From Eledone cirrhosa (Eukaryota): a stretch of 64,000 nt of DNA. This document shows, piece by piece, positions 11,977 through 24,881 of the stretch (its first letter is position 1; every line of letters begins with the position of its first letter). The position numbers and the translations under genes were made by a program. Below the pieces are notes generated by a model. The model was not told the DNA's origin, searched no databases, and saw nothing but the letters and a program-made list of their open reading frames with translations. The DNA lies in contig OZ024740.1 of NCBI GenBank assembly GCA_964016885.1, positions 20,398,001 to 20,462,000 on the forward strand. The letters are read 5' to 3'.

Positions 11977-12683
11977 ACAGATTATTAACCCCATCTTTAG
12001 AGTGTATATTTACAATGTATCCGTACTACTCTTCAACAAGCTTGATCTCAGATTGTCATCATATATGGCTGGTGTTTAAAAAATGTCTAAAAAGGTCTAT
12101 TGCTAAATAAAAAGAACAAGGTTGTCTCTGATTGAGATGAAGCGAGTGTGTATTTGAATACATATGTAAATGAGAAAACTCATTGCTAGAGCAGCTGTTA
12201 AGACTGCTAAATGATATGAAAGAAAGCAATGGGTAGAAATACCTCCAAGGACAGAAACCACTGGCCAATAGTCAATGGAGAGACAATCCATAATGGGGGT
12301 GATAGCCAGATGAAATATAGAAAAGATTGAAAGAGAAGGAGTACAAGGAGAAGTGTGTTGGCATACACAACTTACCAGAAGAGGAAATAAAGGTGATGTC
12401 CAAGACAAGTTTACACACACACACCTTCAGCCTCATCAGCTCTCAAACCAGCAAAATGGTTTTGCTAAATTTATGCAACATCTTCCCGACAAAATACACC
12501 CAGTTGTGCTGGTGCCATGACAGGAAGCCCCCACCCTGTAAGGACGTAATACTGGTGCCATGACAGGTGTTAGTGCTGATGACATGATAAAAAGCACCCT
12601 GTCCACCCTGTAAGGTGCTAGTCTCACAAGAAAATGCTCCCAGTACACACTGTCAGGTGTTTTATATTAGGAAGAACATTCAG

Positions 12684-13247
12684 GTGCTCTGCACCTTTTT
12701 ATGCAGCTATCATCCTTCATACGCATCCTTCATGTGATGCGTATGAAGGATGATAGCTGCATAAAAAGGTGTAGAGCACTAGAAGTTGATGGAAACCGCG
12801 GAGTGGGGAGACCCAAGATGACCTGGGACGAGGTGATAAAAGCCGACCCTACCCAATTACACCTCTCAAAGACAATGACACACGACCGTGACTTCTGGCG
12901 TCACGCAGTAATACAGAGTACCCGACCTCCCATGGGTACAAGCTGAAGCATATAGACAATATGCCCCCACACCCCCCACTGCAAGGTGGTCGTGGAGGTG
13001 CCACGGAAAAAAAGCACCCAGCCCACACTGTAAAGTGGACGTGTAGGCGCCACGAAAAAAGTACCCAGCACTTACTGTAAATGAGGTTGGTGTTAGGAAG
13101 GGCATCCAGCTGTAGAAACCAAGCCAAATCAGTTCCTGTATGAGCAAGGCATGGTCAGCCGACCAGACACTGCCCACAACAGGACAACCCGTCTAACCCA
13201 TGCTAGCGTGGAAGAACGGACGTAAAACGGTGATGATGATGATGATG
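12684..13247 (+). mobile_element. Young 5'-truncated copy of the RTE LINE with 5' inverted duplication
   Basis: 12736-13247 is highly similar to the reverse complement of 53147-53650; 44-bp inverted arm 12684-12727; ATTCAG direct repeat at 12678-12683 and 13248-13253. Confidence 0.9.
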
Positions 13248-13423
13248 ATTCAGCTATAGAAAACCAGGCCAAAAATAGAACAATGTGGTCAACAGAGCTG
13301 TCTTGCCTCATAACGTGACAGCCTGTCTAACCCTTGCAAGAATGGAATATGGATGTTAAACAGTGATGATGATGATGTTCTCAATCAGTTTGTTCTCCAT
13401 TTGTCACAAATTATTGAAACACT

Positions 13424-13615
13424 TACTGCATATACTCGAATATAAGCCAACTCCCCATTCTATCCCTGAGAATGGGCAAAAATCCAAGCCCCATTTATAA
13501 GCTGAAACAGCTAATCAACACATTATGTTTAGATGGCGAATATATACCTACATCCCATTTTACCATAGATTTTTTGGTCACATATTCCTCAGCTTGTATT
13601 TGAGTTTAAACAGCA
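13424..13615. mobile_element. Tc1/mariner-superfamily MITE (Tc2/Kanga-like TIRs)
   Basis: TACTGCATATACTCGAATATAAGCC...AGCTTGTATTTGAGTTTAAACAGCA degenerate TIRs. Confidence 0.55.
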
Positions 13616-13682
13616 CTCCGTTTTTAATGAATATTCAATGCTGTTTTTTTTTTTTTTTCCTTCCATACTGCCCTCTTTGTAG

Positions 13683-13820
13683 ACTATCCAAGCCCGATTA
13701 AAGGTGACGTTACCAGACAATTTACCTGAAGCGCTAAGGGATGGAGTTGTACTTTGTCACTTAGTCAATCAGATACGTCCGAGAGCTGTAGCCACCATTC
13801 ATGTACCTTCCCCAGCAGTA
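13683..13820 (+). CDS. LRCH: LRCH-family protein, CH-domain exon
   Basis: Polypyrimidine tract + tag|...|gtaagt; TIQARLKVTLPDNLPEALRDGVVLCHLVNQIRPRAVATIHVPSPAV, diagnostic of the LRCH calponin-homology domain. Confidence 0.97.
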
Positions 13821-14336
13821 GTAAGTATTCATCTGTGGAGTTCATATTGTTACATGCCTTCTGTTTTAACCAGATATCAATCTGTGTATTTGTATGTTTG
13901 TATGTCACATAATTCAAATCCCACCGAAGTAAACTTTGTCTTTCATCCATTGAAAGACAATAAAAAAGTATCAGTCCCGTACTGATGTTGATTCTTTCTC
14001 TCATCCTTCTCTCACTCTTTATCCTTCTCTCACTCTTTATCCTTCTCTGGAAGAAACCTGCTGTGTTCAGGAGAAGAGATGAGCTCCACCAGGTTTTTAA
14101 AAATGCCCTAGAAATGGTGTATGTCAATATGGTGCCCCTACGACTCCCTCAGGAGTTAGGCATCCACAACATTACCATATATGGTACATTTTAAATAAGA
14201 TAGAAATACAACTTATCTACCAGTGGAACTTATACACAACTAAATACGATACATACATTCTCTTTCTTCCTCTCCTCACACACATATATTCCCCTTTCAC
14301 ATATACATATTCACTGATAAATGTTGTTTACCATGT

Positions 14337-14546
14337 TTAACCCTTTAGCATTTAACAGGCCGTATCTGGCCAGAATTCTCTCACCTCTTTCTGTTGAAAC
14401 CAGCTGTAACCAGCCCTTCATACTGATGTTAAAGTATTGTTCTCAAAATAAATATCAAAATCTCAGATTTGATATTATGTGAGATAAAGCCTTTACCATG
14501 AAAATATAATAGTAAATATAGAGTAATATAAATGCTGAAGGGTTAA
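14337..14546 (+). mobile_element. piggyBac-like MITE
   Basis: TTAA|CCCTTTAGCATTTA...TAAATGCTGAAGGG|TTAA. Confidence 0.85.
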
Positions 14547-14595
14547 GGTCTCTCTCTCTCTTTCTTCAAAACTAACTGTTCTTGTTTCTCTACAG

Positions 14596-14673
14596 CCTCA
14601 ACTCACGATGGCAAAATGTCGCAGGAATGTTGAGCATTTCTTGGAAGCTTGCCGGAAAATAGGTGTTGACCAG
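14596..14673 (+). CDS. LRCH: LRCH-family protein, CH-domain exon
   Basis: tctctacag|...|gtagga; PQLTMAKCRRNVEHFLEACRKIGVDQ, matching LRCH PKLSMAKCRRNVENFLEACRKLGV. Confidence 0.97.
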
Positions 14674-14806
14674 GTAGGAAATTTTGTTGGTTTTTTCCCT
14701 GTTCCACTGCCTCACCTGTCTGATAAATTCACCACAGCAATGTATAGAATATAGTTGAGTTTTAAATGTAGTTGCTGCATGTGCTGACTGTGAAGCCCCC
14801 ACTCTT

Positions 14807-15200
14807 ATATATATATATGGTAGTGTTGTAGTTGTTTATCATATATTGGTATATATAATGCATCAGTAAAGCATTATCTGTTATAGAGCTCCATACAAAG
14901 TATAGAATCAAATAATTATATTTTATGTCATTAGGGATGACAGTCTCTGAAACTGTCATCCTTAATCATATAAAGTAATATATATATATATATATATATT
15001 ACTATATATGAGAGAAAGAAAGGGAGTCTGTGATGCTGAGACCAGGGAGACCACTAATCATTGGAGTCCTTATCATGTTTAATATAGAAATGACTTCTAC
15101 ATAGTAAGGTACTTAGTACATTAGTACATGTTTACACTCTACTAATGTATTGAGTACCATTACTTATTGTGGATACCCCTGATTGAACCCGGGACTCACA
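14807..15200. mobile_element. Cluster of decayed fold-back/PLE-like remnants in (TA)n
   Basis: Short palindrome GGATGACAGT-CTCTGA-AACTGTCATCC (~14935-14961); tail ATGTTTACACTCTACTAATGTATTGAGTACC...CCCCTGATTGAACCC matches 52885-52957 in reverse. Confidence 0.5.
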
Positions 15201-15266
15201 CATACACACATATGACAAGCAGTTGCTTTAAGCTGAATGTACACTAATCTACGCCTAGTCCATGCT

Positions 15267-18200
15267 ATCCAAGACACACACTAGTATCCAAGACACACAA
15301 GAGTATCCAAGACACACATTAGTATCCAAGACACACACTAGTATCCAAGACGCACACTAGTATCCAAGACACACACTAGTATCCAAGACACACACTAGTA
15401 TCCAAGACACATACTAGTATCCAAGACACACACTAGTATCCAAGACACACACTAGTATCCAAGACACACACTAGTATCCAAGACACACACTAGTATACAA
15501 GACACACACTAGTATACAAGACACACACTAGTATCCAAGACACACACTAGTATCCAAGACACACAAGAGTATCCAAGACACACACTAGTATCCAGGACAC
15601 ACACTAGTATCCAAGACACACACTAGTATACAAGACACACACTAGTATCCAAGACACACACTAGTATCCAAGACAGACACTAGTATCCAAGACACACAAG
15701 AGTATCCAAGACACACACTAGTATCCAAGACACACACTAGTATCCAAGACACACACTAGTATCCAAGACACACACTAGTATACAAGACACACACTAGTAT
15801 ACAAGACACACACTAGTATCCAAGACACACACTAGTATCCAAGACACACACTAGTATACAAGACACACACTAGTATCCAAGACACACACTAGTATCCAAG
15901 ACACACACTAGTATACAAGACACACACTAGTATCCAAGACACACAAGAGTATCCAAGACACACACTAGTATCCAAGACACACACTAGTATACAAGACACA
16001 CACTAGTATACAAGACACACACTAGTATATAAGACACACACTAGTATCCAAGACACACACTAGTATCCAAGACACACACTAGTATACAAGACACACACTA
16101 GTATCCAAGACACACACTAGTATCCAAGACACACACTAGTATCCAAGACACACAAGAGTATCCAAGACACACACTAGTATCCAAGACACACACTAGTATC
16201 CAAGACACACACTAGTATCCAAGACACACACTAGTATACAAGACACACACTAGTATACAAGACACACACTAGTATCCAAGACACACACTAGTATACAAGA
16301 CACACACTAGTATCCAAGACACACACTAGTATCCAAGACACACACTAGTATCCAAGACACACACTAGTATCCAAGACGCACACTAGTATACAAGACGCAC
16401 ACTAGTATCCAAGACGCACACTAGTATCCAAGACGCACACTAGTATCCAAGACGCACACTAGTATCCAAGACGCACACTAGTATCCAAGACGCACACTAG
16501 TATCCAAGACGCACACTAGTATCCAAGACACACACTAGTATCCAAGACACACACTAGTATACAAGACACACACTAGTATCCAAGACACACACTAGTATAC
16601 AAGACACACACTAGTATCCAAGACACACACTAGTATCCAAGACACACACTAGTATACAAGACACACACTAGTATCCAAGACACACACTAGTATCCAAGAC
16701 ACACACTAGTATACAAGACGACACACACTAGTATCCAAGACACACACTAGTATCCAAGACACACACTAGTATACAAGACACACACTAGTATACAAGACAC
16801 ACACTGGTATCCAAGACACACACTAGTATACAAGACACACACTAGTATCCAAGACACACACACTAGTATCCAAGACACACACACTAGTATACAAGACACA
16901 CACTAGTATCCAAGACACACACTAGTATCCAAGACACACACTAGTATACAAGACACACACTAGTATACAAGACACACACTAGTATATAAGACACACACTA
17001 GTATCCAAGACACACACTAGTATCCAAGACACACACACTAGTATCCAAGACACACACTAGTATCCAAGACGCACACTAGTATCCAAGACGCACACTAGTA
17101 TCCAAGACGCACACTAGTATCCAAGACGCACACTAGTATCCAAGACGCACACTAGTATACAAGACGCACACTAGTATCCAAGACACACACTAGTATCCAA
17201 GACGCACACTAGTATCCAAGACGCACACTAGTATCCAAGACACACACTAGTATCCAAGACACACACTAGTATCCAAGACACACACTAGTATCCAAGACAC
17301 ACACTAGTATCCAAGACACACACTAGTATCCAAGACGCACACTAGTATCCAAGACACACACTAGTATCCAAGACACACACTAGTATCCAAGACACACACT
17401 AGTATCCAAGACACACATTAGTATCCAAGACACACACTAGTATACAAGACACACACTAGTATACAAGACACACACTAGTATACAAGACACACACTAGTAT
17501 ACAAGATACACACTAGTATACAAGACACACACTAGTATCCAAGACACACACTAGTATCCAAGACACACACTAGTATCCAAGATACACACTAGTATCCAAG
17601 ACACACACTAGTATACAAGACACACACTAGTATCCAAGACATACACTAGTATCCAAGACACACACTAGTATACAAGACACACACTAGTATACAAGACACA
17701 CACTGGTATCCAAGACACACACTAGTATACAAGACACACACTAGTATCCAAGACACACACACTAGTATACAAGACACACACTAGTATCCAAGACACACAC
17801 TAGTATCCAAGACACACACTAGTATACAAGACACACACTAGTATATAAGACACACACTAGTATCCAAGACACACACTAGTATCCAAGACACACACACTAG
17901 TATCCAAGACACACACTAGTATCCAAGACGCACACTAGTATCCAAGACGCACACTAGTATCCAAGACGCACACTAGTATCCAAGACGCACACTAGTATCC
18001 AAGACACACACTAGTTTCCAAGACACACACTAGTATACAAGACACACACTTGTATCCAAGACACACACTAGTATACAAGACACACACTAGTATCCTAGAC
18101 ACACACTAGTATCTAAGACACTCACTAGTATCCAAGACACGCACTAGTATCCAAGACACACACTAGTATCCAAGACGCACACTAGTATCCAAGACGCACA

Positions 18201-20270
18201 CTAGTATCCAAGACGCACACTAGTATACAAGACACACACTAGTATCCAAGACGCACACTAGTATACAAGACGCACACTAGTATCCAAGACGCACACTAGT
18301 ATCCAAGACACACACTAGTATACAAGACACACACTAGTATCCAAGACACACACTAGTATCCAAGACGCACACTAGTATCCAAGACACACACTAGTATCCA
18401 AGACACACACTAGTATACAAGACACACACTAGTATACAAGACACACACTAGTATCCAAGACACACACTAGTATCCAAGACACACACTAGTATCCAAGACA
18501 CACACTAGTATCCAAGACACACACTAGTATCCAAGACACACACTAGTATCCAAGACACACACTAGTATCCAAGACGCACACTAGTATCCAAGACGCACAC
18601 TAGTATCCAAGACGCACACTAGTATCCAAGACACACACTAGTATCCAAGACACACACTAGTATCCAAGACGCACACTAGTATCCAAGACACACACTAGTA
18701 TCCAAGACACACACTAGTATACAAGACACACACTAGTATACAAGACACACACTAGTATCCAAGACACACACTAGTATCCAAGACACACACTAGTATCCAA
18801 GACACACACTAGTATACAAGACACACACTAGTATCCAAGACACACACTAGTATCCAAGACACACACTAGTATCCAAGACACACACTAGTATCCAAGACAC
18901 ACACTAGTATACAAGACACACACTAGTATCCAAGACACACACTAGTATACAAGACACACACTAGTATCCGAGACACACACTAGTATCCAAGACACACTAG
19001 TATCCAAGACACACACTAGTATACAAGACACACACTAGTATCCAAGACACACATTAGTATCCAAGACACACACTAGTATCCAAGACACACACTAGTATCC
19101 AAGACACACACTAGTATACAAGACACACACTGGTATCCAAGACACACACTAGTATACAAGACACACACTAGTATCCAAGACACACACACTAGTATACAAG
19201 ACACACACTAGTATCCAAGACACACACTAGTATCCAAGACACACACTAGTATACAAGACACACACTAGTATATAAGACACACACTAGTATCCAAGACACA
19301 CACTAGTATCCAAGACACACACACTAGTATCCAAGACACACACTAGTATCCAAGACGCACACTAGTATCCAAGACGCACACTAGTATCCAAGACGCACAC
19401 TAGTATCCAAGACACACACTAGTATCCAAGACACACTAGTATCCAAGACACACACTAGTATCCAAGACACACACTAGTATACAAGACACACACTAGTATC
19501 CAAGACACACACTAGTATACAAGACACACACTAGTATACAAGACACACACTAGTATCCAAGACACACACTAGTATCCAAGACACACACTAGTATCCAAGA
19601 CACACACTAGTATCCAAGACACACACTAGTATCCAAGACACACACTAGTATCCAAGACACACACTAGTATCCAAGACACACACTAGTATACAAGACACAC
19701 ACTAGTATACAAGACACACACTGGTATCCAAGACACACACTAGTATACAAGACACACACTAGTATCCAAGACACACACACTAGTATACAAGACACACACT
19801 AGTATCCAAGACACACACTAGTATCCAAGACACACACTAGTATACAAGACACACACTAGTATCCAAGACACACACACTAGTATCCAAGACACACACTAGT
19901 ATCCAAGACACACACACTAGTATCCAAGACACACACTAGTATCCAAGACGCACACTAGTATCCAAGACGCACACTAGTATCCAAGACGCACACTAGTATC
20001 CAAGACACACACTAGTATACAAGACACACACTAGTATCCAAGACACACATTAGTATCCAAGACACACACTAGTATCCAAGACACACACTAGTATCCAAGA
20101 CACACACTAGTATCCAAGACACACACTAGTATCCAAGACACACACTAGTATCCAAGACACACACTAGTATCCAAGACGCACACTAGTATCCAAGACGCAC
20201 ACTAGTATACAGGACACACACTAGTATCCAAGACACACACTAGTATACAAGACACACACTAGTATACAAG
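15267..20270. repeat. 5-kb satellite of a 19-bp monomer ATCCAAGACACACACTAGT
   Basis: Period 19 (15267, 15286, ...); roughly 260 copies by length; variants ATACAAG and GACGCAC. Confidence 0.97.
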
Positions 20271-20389
20271 TAATGTAATTTTAAAGTAAAAAAAAAGAAA
20301 AACTGCAAATCAACGTGATTGATGTTTTGTGGAACTGCTAGTTTGATAGGGCTGTCACTAAAAAGGTTGAGTTATGAGATAATAGAGTG

Positions 20390-20890
20390 TGATCAGAGAG
20401 AAAGAGTTGTCAACCCTCTCGCAGTGGTCTCTGGAAACTGATCTCTGATCTTGATCAGATAAATAACAACTTGAGTTAGCAATAGTTTCATACACAAGAA
20501 GAAGAAGAGTGCTTTGCAGGGCCCAAATTGTTGACCACTGCTATGTGGACTCTGGAAACTGATCAGCTTGACACAGTTTGTGACACGGCTGGTCCTTTGA
20601 AGTACAAGTACTACATAGTTTTGCAAGCTGAGTGGACAGGAGTAACATCAAATAAAATATCTTCTTTGTAGACATTAAAGGCACATGGCTTAGTGGTTAG
20701 AGTATTGGGCTTGCAATTGAGAGGTTATTATGAGTTCGATTCTCGGACCAGGTGATGCATTGTGTCCTTGAGCAAGGCACTTTATTTCATGTTGCTCCAG
20801 TTTACTCAGCTGTAGAAATGAGTTGCGATGGCACTGGTGCCAAGCTGTATCAGTCATTGCCTTTCCCTTGGACAACATCGGTGGTTTACA
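20390..20890. mobile_element. Two CORE-type SINEs (minus fragment, then plus copy 20677-20890)
   Basis: GGCACATGGCTTAGTGGTTAGAG...GAGTTCGATTCTC tRNA head plus CTTGAGCAAGGCACTTT core. Confidence 0.7.
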
Positions 20891-20949
20891 CACACAGTGT
20901 CTCTGGTTGTTGATCAAATTTGATGAGAATTTTCTTCAATTGTTGATCT

Positions 20950-21090
20950 TTTTATGACTGTACAACTCTGGATTAGCTGGGTATTGTCTCTCTTTATGAT
21001 TGTACAACTCTGGATTAGCTGGATATTAAACTGTCCCCCTTTATGACTGTACAACTCTGGATTAGCTGGGTATTAATGTCTCCCTTTATA
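20950..21090. repeat. Three tandem copies of a ~45-bp unit
   Basis: TTTATGACTGTACAACTCTGGATTAGCTGGGTATT repeated three times. Confidence 0.85.
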
Positions 21091-21249
21091 CTGTAAAGCG
21101 TATTCCTCCTCCATGTCTTTAGTCCCCAGAAGATAGAGAGATCACCAAAGCTGTTGGTAGTGCTGCTTTTTGAATTCTTGAACAGTTCATGCTACTTCTC
21201 CTCAAAGTAGTCTTCAGTTACTCCATTGTCATTGCCTGGCTAGAAGACT

Positions 21250-21993
21250 ATGGAGTTGCTAGTCATAGAGGATCCTACATGGGAGATGTAAGTGGTACAT
21301 GTAGCACTACTACATGTCTAAACCATCTGAGTTGATGTCTGTTTAGTGTGGATCATGAAGTTGCTAGTCATAGAGGATCCTACATGGGAGATGTAAGTGG
21401 TACATGTAGCACTACTACATGTCGGACCATCTGAGTTGATGCCTGTTTAGTGTGGATCATGGAGTTGCTAGTCATAGAGGATCCTACATGGGAGATGTAA
21501 GTGGTACATGTAGCACTACTACATGTCTAAACCATCTGAGTTGATGCCTGTTTAGTGTGGATCATGGAGTTGCTAGTCATAGAGGATCCTACATGGGAGA
21601 TGTAAGTGGTACATGTAGTACTACTACATGGCTAAACCATCTGAGTTGATGCCTGTTTAGTGTGGATCATGGAGTTGCTAGTCATAGAGGATCCTACATG
21701 GGAGATGTAAGTGGTACATGTAGCACTACTACATGTCTGACCATCTGAGTTGATGCCTGTTTAGTGTGGATCATGGAGTTGCTAGTCATAGAGGATCCTA
21801 CATGGGAGATGTAAGTGGTACATGTAGTACTAGTACATGGCTAAACCATCTGAGTTGATGCCTGTTTAGTGTGGATCATGGAGTTGCTAGTCATAGAGGA
21901 TCCTACATGGGAGATGTAAGTGGTACATGTAGTACTACGACATGGCTAAACCATCTGAGTTGATGCCTGTTTAGTGTGGATCATGGAGTTGCT
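21250..21993. repeat. Tandem repeat, 7 copies of ~105 bp
   Basis: ATGGAGTTGCT starts at 21250, 21355, 21459, 21564, 21669, 21773, 21878, 21983. Confidence 0.95.
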
Positions 21994-22864
21994 GCTGGTA
22001 TTGCTTTAATGGTGGATTTAAGGTGTATACAGTCATATCTTGCCAAGTGAGTGCAAGGATCTTCTAGAGACACTGGGTATTGAAGGCCCTTTATGCAAAT
22101 ATACAAATGCAACATTACACATACACACATACATACACACATATTGAAGTGGGGTGTATACTCATAGAACAGTCAAATATTAACTAAATGAGCACTCAAT
22201 ACATGTGAGCAAAGTATAAGTTTTATTTTTTGAAGAAAGGCCTATCAGATTTTGAAGTTTTCACAGTGTCACCACTCCAGACTATATGTGATGGTGGTGG
22301 TGGCTGTATGGTATTAGTGATAAAATAGAAAAAAGATATTCATGCATAGGTACAGACATGCACCGTAGTTTGTGTCTTAGAGTTTTGTCCCAGTTTGTGG
22401 CAGCATGGACAAGTGCCTTCTACTATATTTTCCAGTTGACCAATGTTTATGAAATTTGGTTGACAGAAACTTATATATGTATTACATGTACATATATATA
22501 TATATATATATACATATATACATATACATATATATCTCTCTCTCTATATATATATATATATCCAAAAGCCAAAATTGGGAAAAGTACTCACAAGAGATGC
22601 AGGGTTTGATTTATCGAAGGTGTCTCTTCCCACCTTCTTTTCTGTCTCCAGTGATACATGATTCTTATCAACTACTATTATAGTCGTTTCTGTTGGGAGG
22701 ACTACATTTCAAATTCTCGCTCTAACATTTTAAACTCTTTGATGTATATGTCACACAAAGATTACATATAGACAGGCAAGTGTGTATAATCATTATATAT
22801 ATATACACATACATACACACACACATATATATATATATAAATAGCTACTTATTACTGACGTAAA

Positions 22865-23125
22865 TTAGGTGAACAAGCTTTCTCACTCCTGTCTTTGGTC
22901 ATATTGGGCCTTGTGGAGATGAGGTATTGGGTCAGATCATTGTGCTATCTGGCCTCTGGCCACCCTCTGTTTCTTCTCCACTTTGTCACTGTAATAGTCC
23001 ACCTATTGTTTTTGAAATGAGAGATGTGACCTGCCCATCTATGTTTGTCCTTTTTGAAGAACTTGATTTTGTCCTTCATGCCAGTATGCTGTCAAATCCA
23101 GGTGTTGTTCTTCCTGTCCACATTA
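22865..23125 (-). pseudogene. Degenerate RTE-type LINE 3' fragment
   Basis: Minus strand gives WAGH...NRWT..VT.W...RG.P..(R)W.D-type C-terminal motifs. Confidence 0.55.
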
Positions 23126-23239
23126 CGTACGTTCACCCTTAATTTATGCCTTGTAACTTAGTAGTTCAACAAATAGAAATGGATAAAATATATACCAGAC
23201 TTGAAAAAATAAGTACTGGGGTTGATATAATATATATAT

Positions 23240-23492
23240 AATGAAAATTATTGTGTACAGTGCCCAGGTGCACTACAACTCATCAAAGGTGCATGTATAG
23301 TACATAGAATAATGTACAAAAGTCAGGAAAGTGAACAGTGTATGACTCATGATACACACACAGACACATGTGTGCATATGTATGGAGAGGGAATATCAGG
23401 TGTAGTGTTGGTGAATTTCGGGAAGCATGGAAGTTTTGAAGGATGCAGTGTCCCGACAGCTAATAACTGATACATGTAGTTTGTTTGATATG
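23240..23492 (-). pseudogene. CR1/L2-type LINE 3' end
   Basis: Minus strand encodes NKLHVSVISCRDTASFKTSMLPEIHQHYT*, resembling the CR1 WNxLPxxVV...xxFK C-terminal motif. Confidence 0.6.
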
Positions 23493-23821
23493 ATTGAACT
23501 ACTAATCTCAGAAATAAACTGCATTTACTTTCTCTAGTTCTGTATGAATGACAGTTCTTGCCAGCAAATTCCTCTGTATTTTATATATATATATTTGTTC
23601 ATTATTTATATAATCTTTATTACATATCATATCATATTAAATCTGTCTACTACATACATGCAATGTTAGTCTGCCATCATATACACCATTCTATCATCCT
23701 GGGTAGTAACACCTTGTATTGTTTAAATAAAATCTGTATTTTAACATTTTAACTGCTATGGAGCTTCTCAAACCCACAAGTTTTGGAGGTTGTTTTCACC
23801 ACAGCCATCATTCTATATATA

Positions 23822-23860
<39 letters not shown>

Positions 23861-23863
<3 letters not shown>

Positions 23864-24003
23864 GGAAAATGTTCAAAACCCCAACGGCAGTGCTCAAGCC
23901 GTCGGGGTCTTGAACATTTTCCTATTACCCACCCTACTACCGAAAGTATTGAGTACTCTGGTGCATTATGGCCCACCTGGTTCCTTACCATACTGCCTTT
24001 GTT
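23861..24003 (+). mobile_element. Fold-back PLE-like element C (same family as B)
   Basis: Palindrome 23861-23925 centred on ACGGC-AGTGCTCAA-GCCGT; tail GTATTGAGTACTCTGGTGCATTAT...CTGGTTCCTTACCA shared with B; (TA)n flanks. Confidence 0.85.
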
Positions 24004-24152
24004 ATATATATATATATATATTGTGTGTGTGTGAGTGCGCGTATTCTCTCACAGGGTTGCCAGATAAATTTACATGAAGTGGCACAAAATTTTCAAGCAC
24101 CAAATTGTATTAGAAAGTACCTGAGTGAAAAATTTGCAAATAAATTATGAAT

Positions 24153-24232
<80 letters not shown>

Positions 24233-24595
24233 ACAGACAGAGTTTTTCGAATATTAATAACATTCGATTCGTTTGCAATTATGCAAACAAGTCTCAATTT
24301 TATAGCCATGTCAGTAGAATGAACCCTTCATTCTTGCTCTTGTGTTGGCATGCAAACAGATTACATTTATTGTATTCAGCCATGTAGAGCGAAATTTCCT
24401 TATATATATATATATATATGGGAAAAGCGGACGTAAAATGAAATGAAATGAAATATAAAAGTAGGAGTGGTATTTAATTTGTTGGAAGTCCGACAAACAT
24501 AAATGTTTATAACTGATTTAGAGCACTCAACAAGTTACTGGAGTAAATATTCAATGATATTCAATAAATGGAAACTATATTTATAAAACCATATT

Positions 24596-24659
24596 TATTT
24601 TATTATATATATTTCAAGGGTACCAAGACAACATTGGTACGCTTTCATCAGATAAAATA
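24596..24659 (-). ncRNA. Hammerhead ribozyme motif (left arm of D)
   Basis: Reverse complement of the + strand motif at 24816-24881. Confidence 0.75.
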
Positions 24660-24815
24660 CAAAGTTTGTTTTATAAATAGAGACACAGCCATGAAATTCA
24701 TACCTTATCTGTTGGAAATTCATACCTTATCGGTTGGAAATTCACTGGATAGTGAATTTCCAACCGATAAGGTATGATTTTCATGGCTATGTCTCTATTT
24801 ATAAAACAAACTTTG

Positions 24816-24881
24816 TATTTTATCTGATGAAAGCGTACCAATGTTGTCTTGGTACCCTCGAAATATATATATAATAAAATA
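24816..24881 (+). ncRNA. Hammerhead ribozyme motif (right arm of D)
   Basis: TATTTTAT-CTGATGA-AAGCGTACCAA-TGTTGTC-TTGGTACCCTC-GAAA-TATATATATA^ATAAAATA; 8-bp stem I, 7-bp stem II core, palindromic stem III. Confidence 0.75.

Noticed and set aside
15267-20270. CRISPR-like or telomere-like arrays (also 42297-43010 and 60770-64000)
   Set aside because: Head-to-tail monomers without unique spacers, no cas genes, eukaryotic context, and no TTAGGG.
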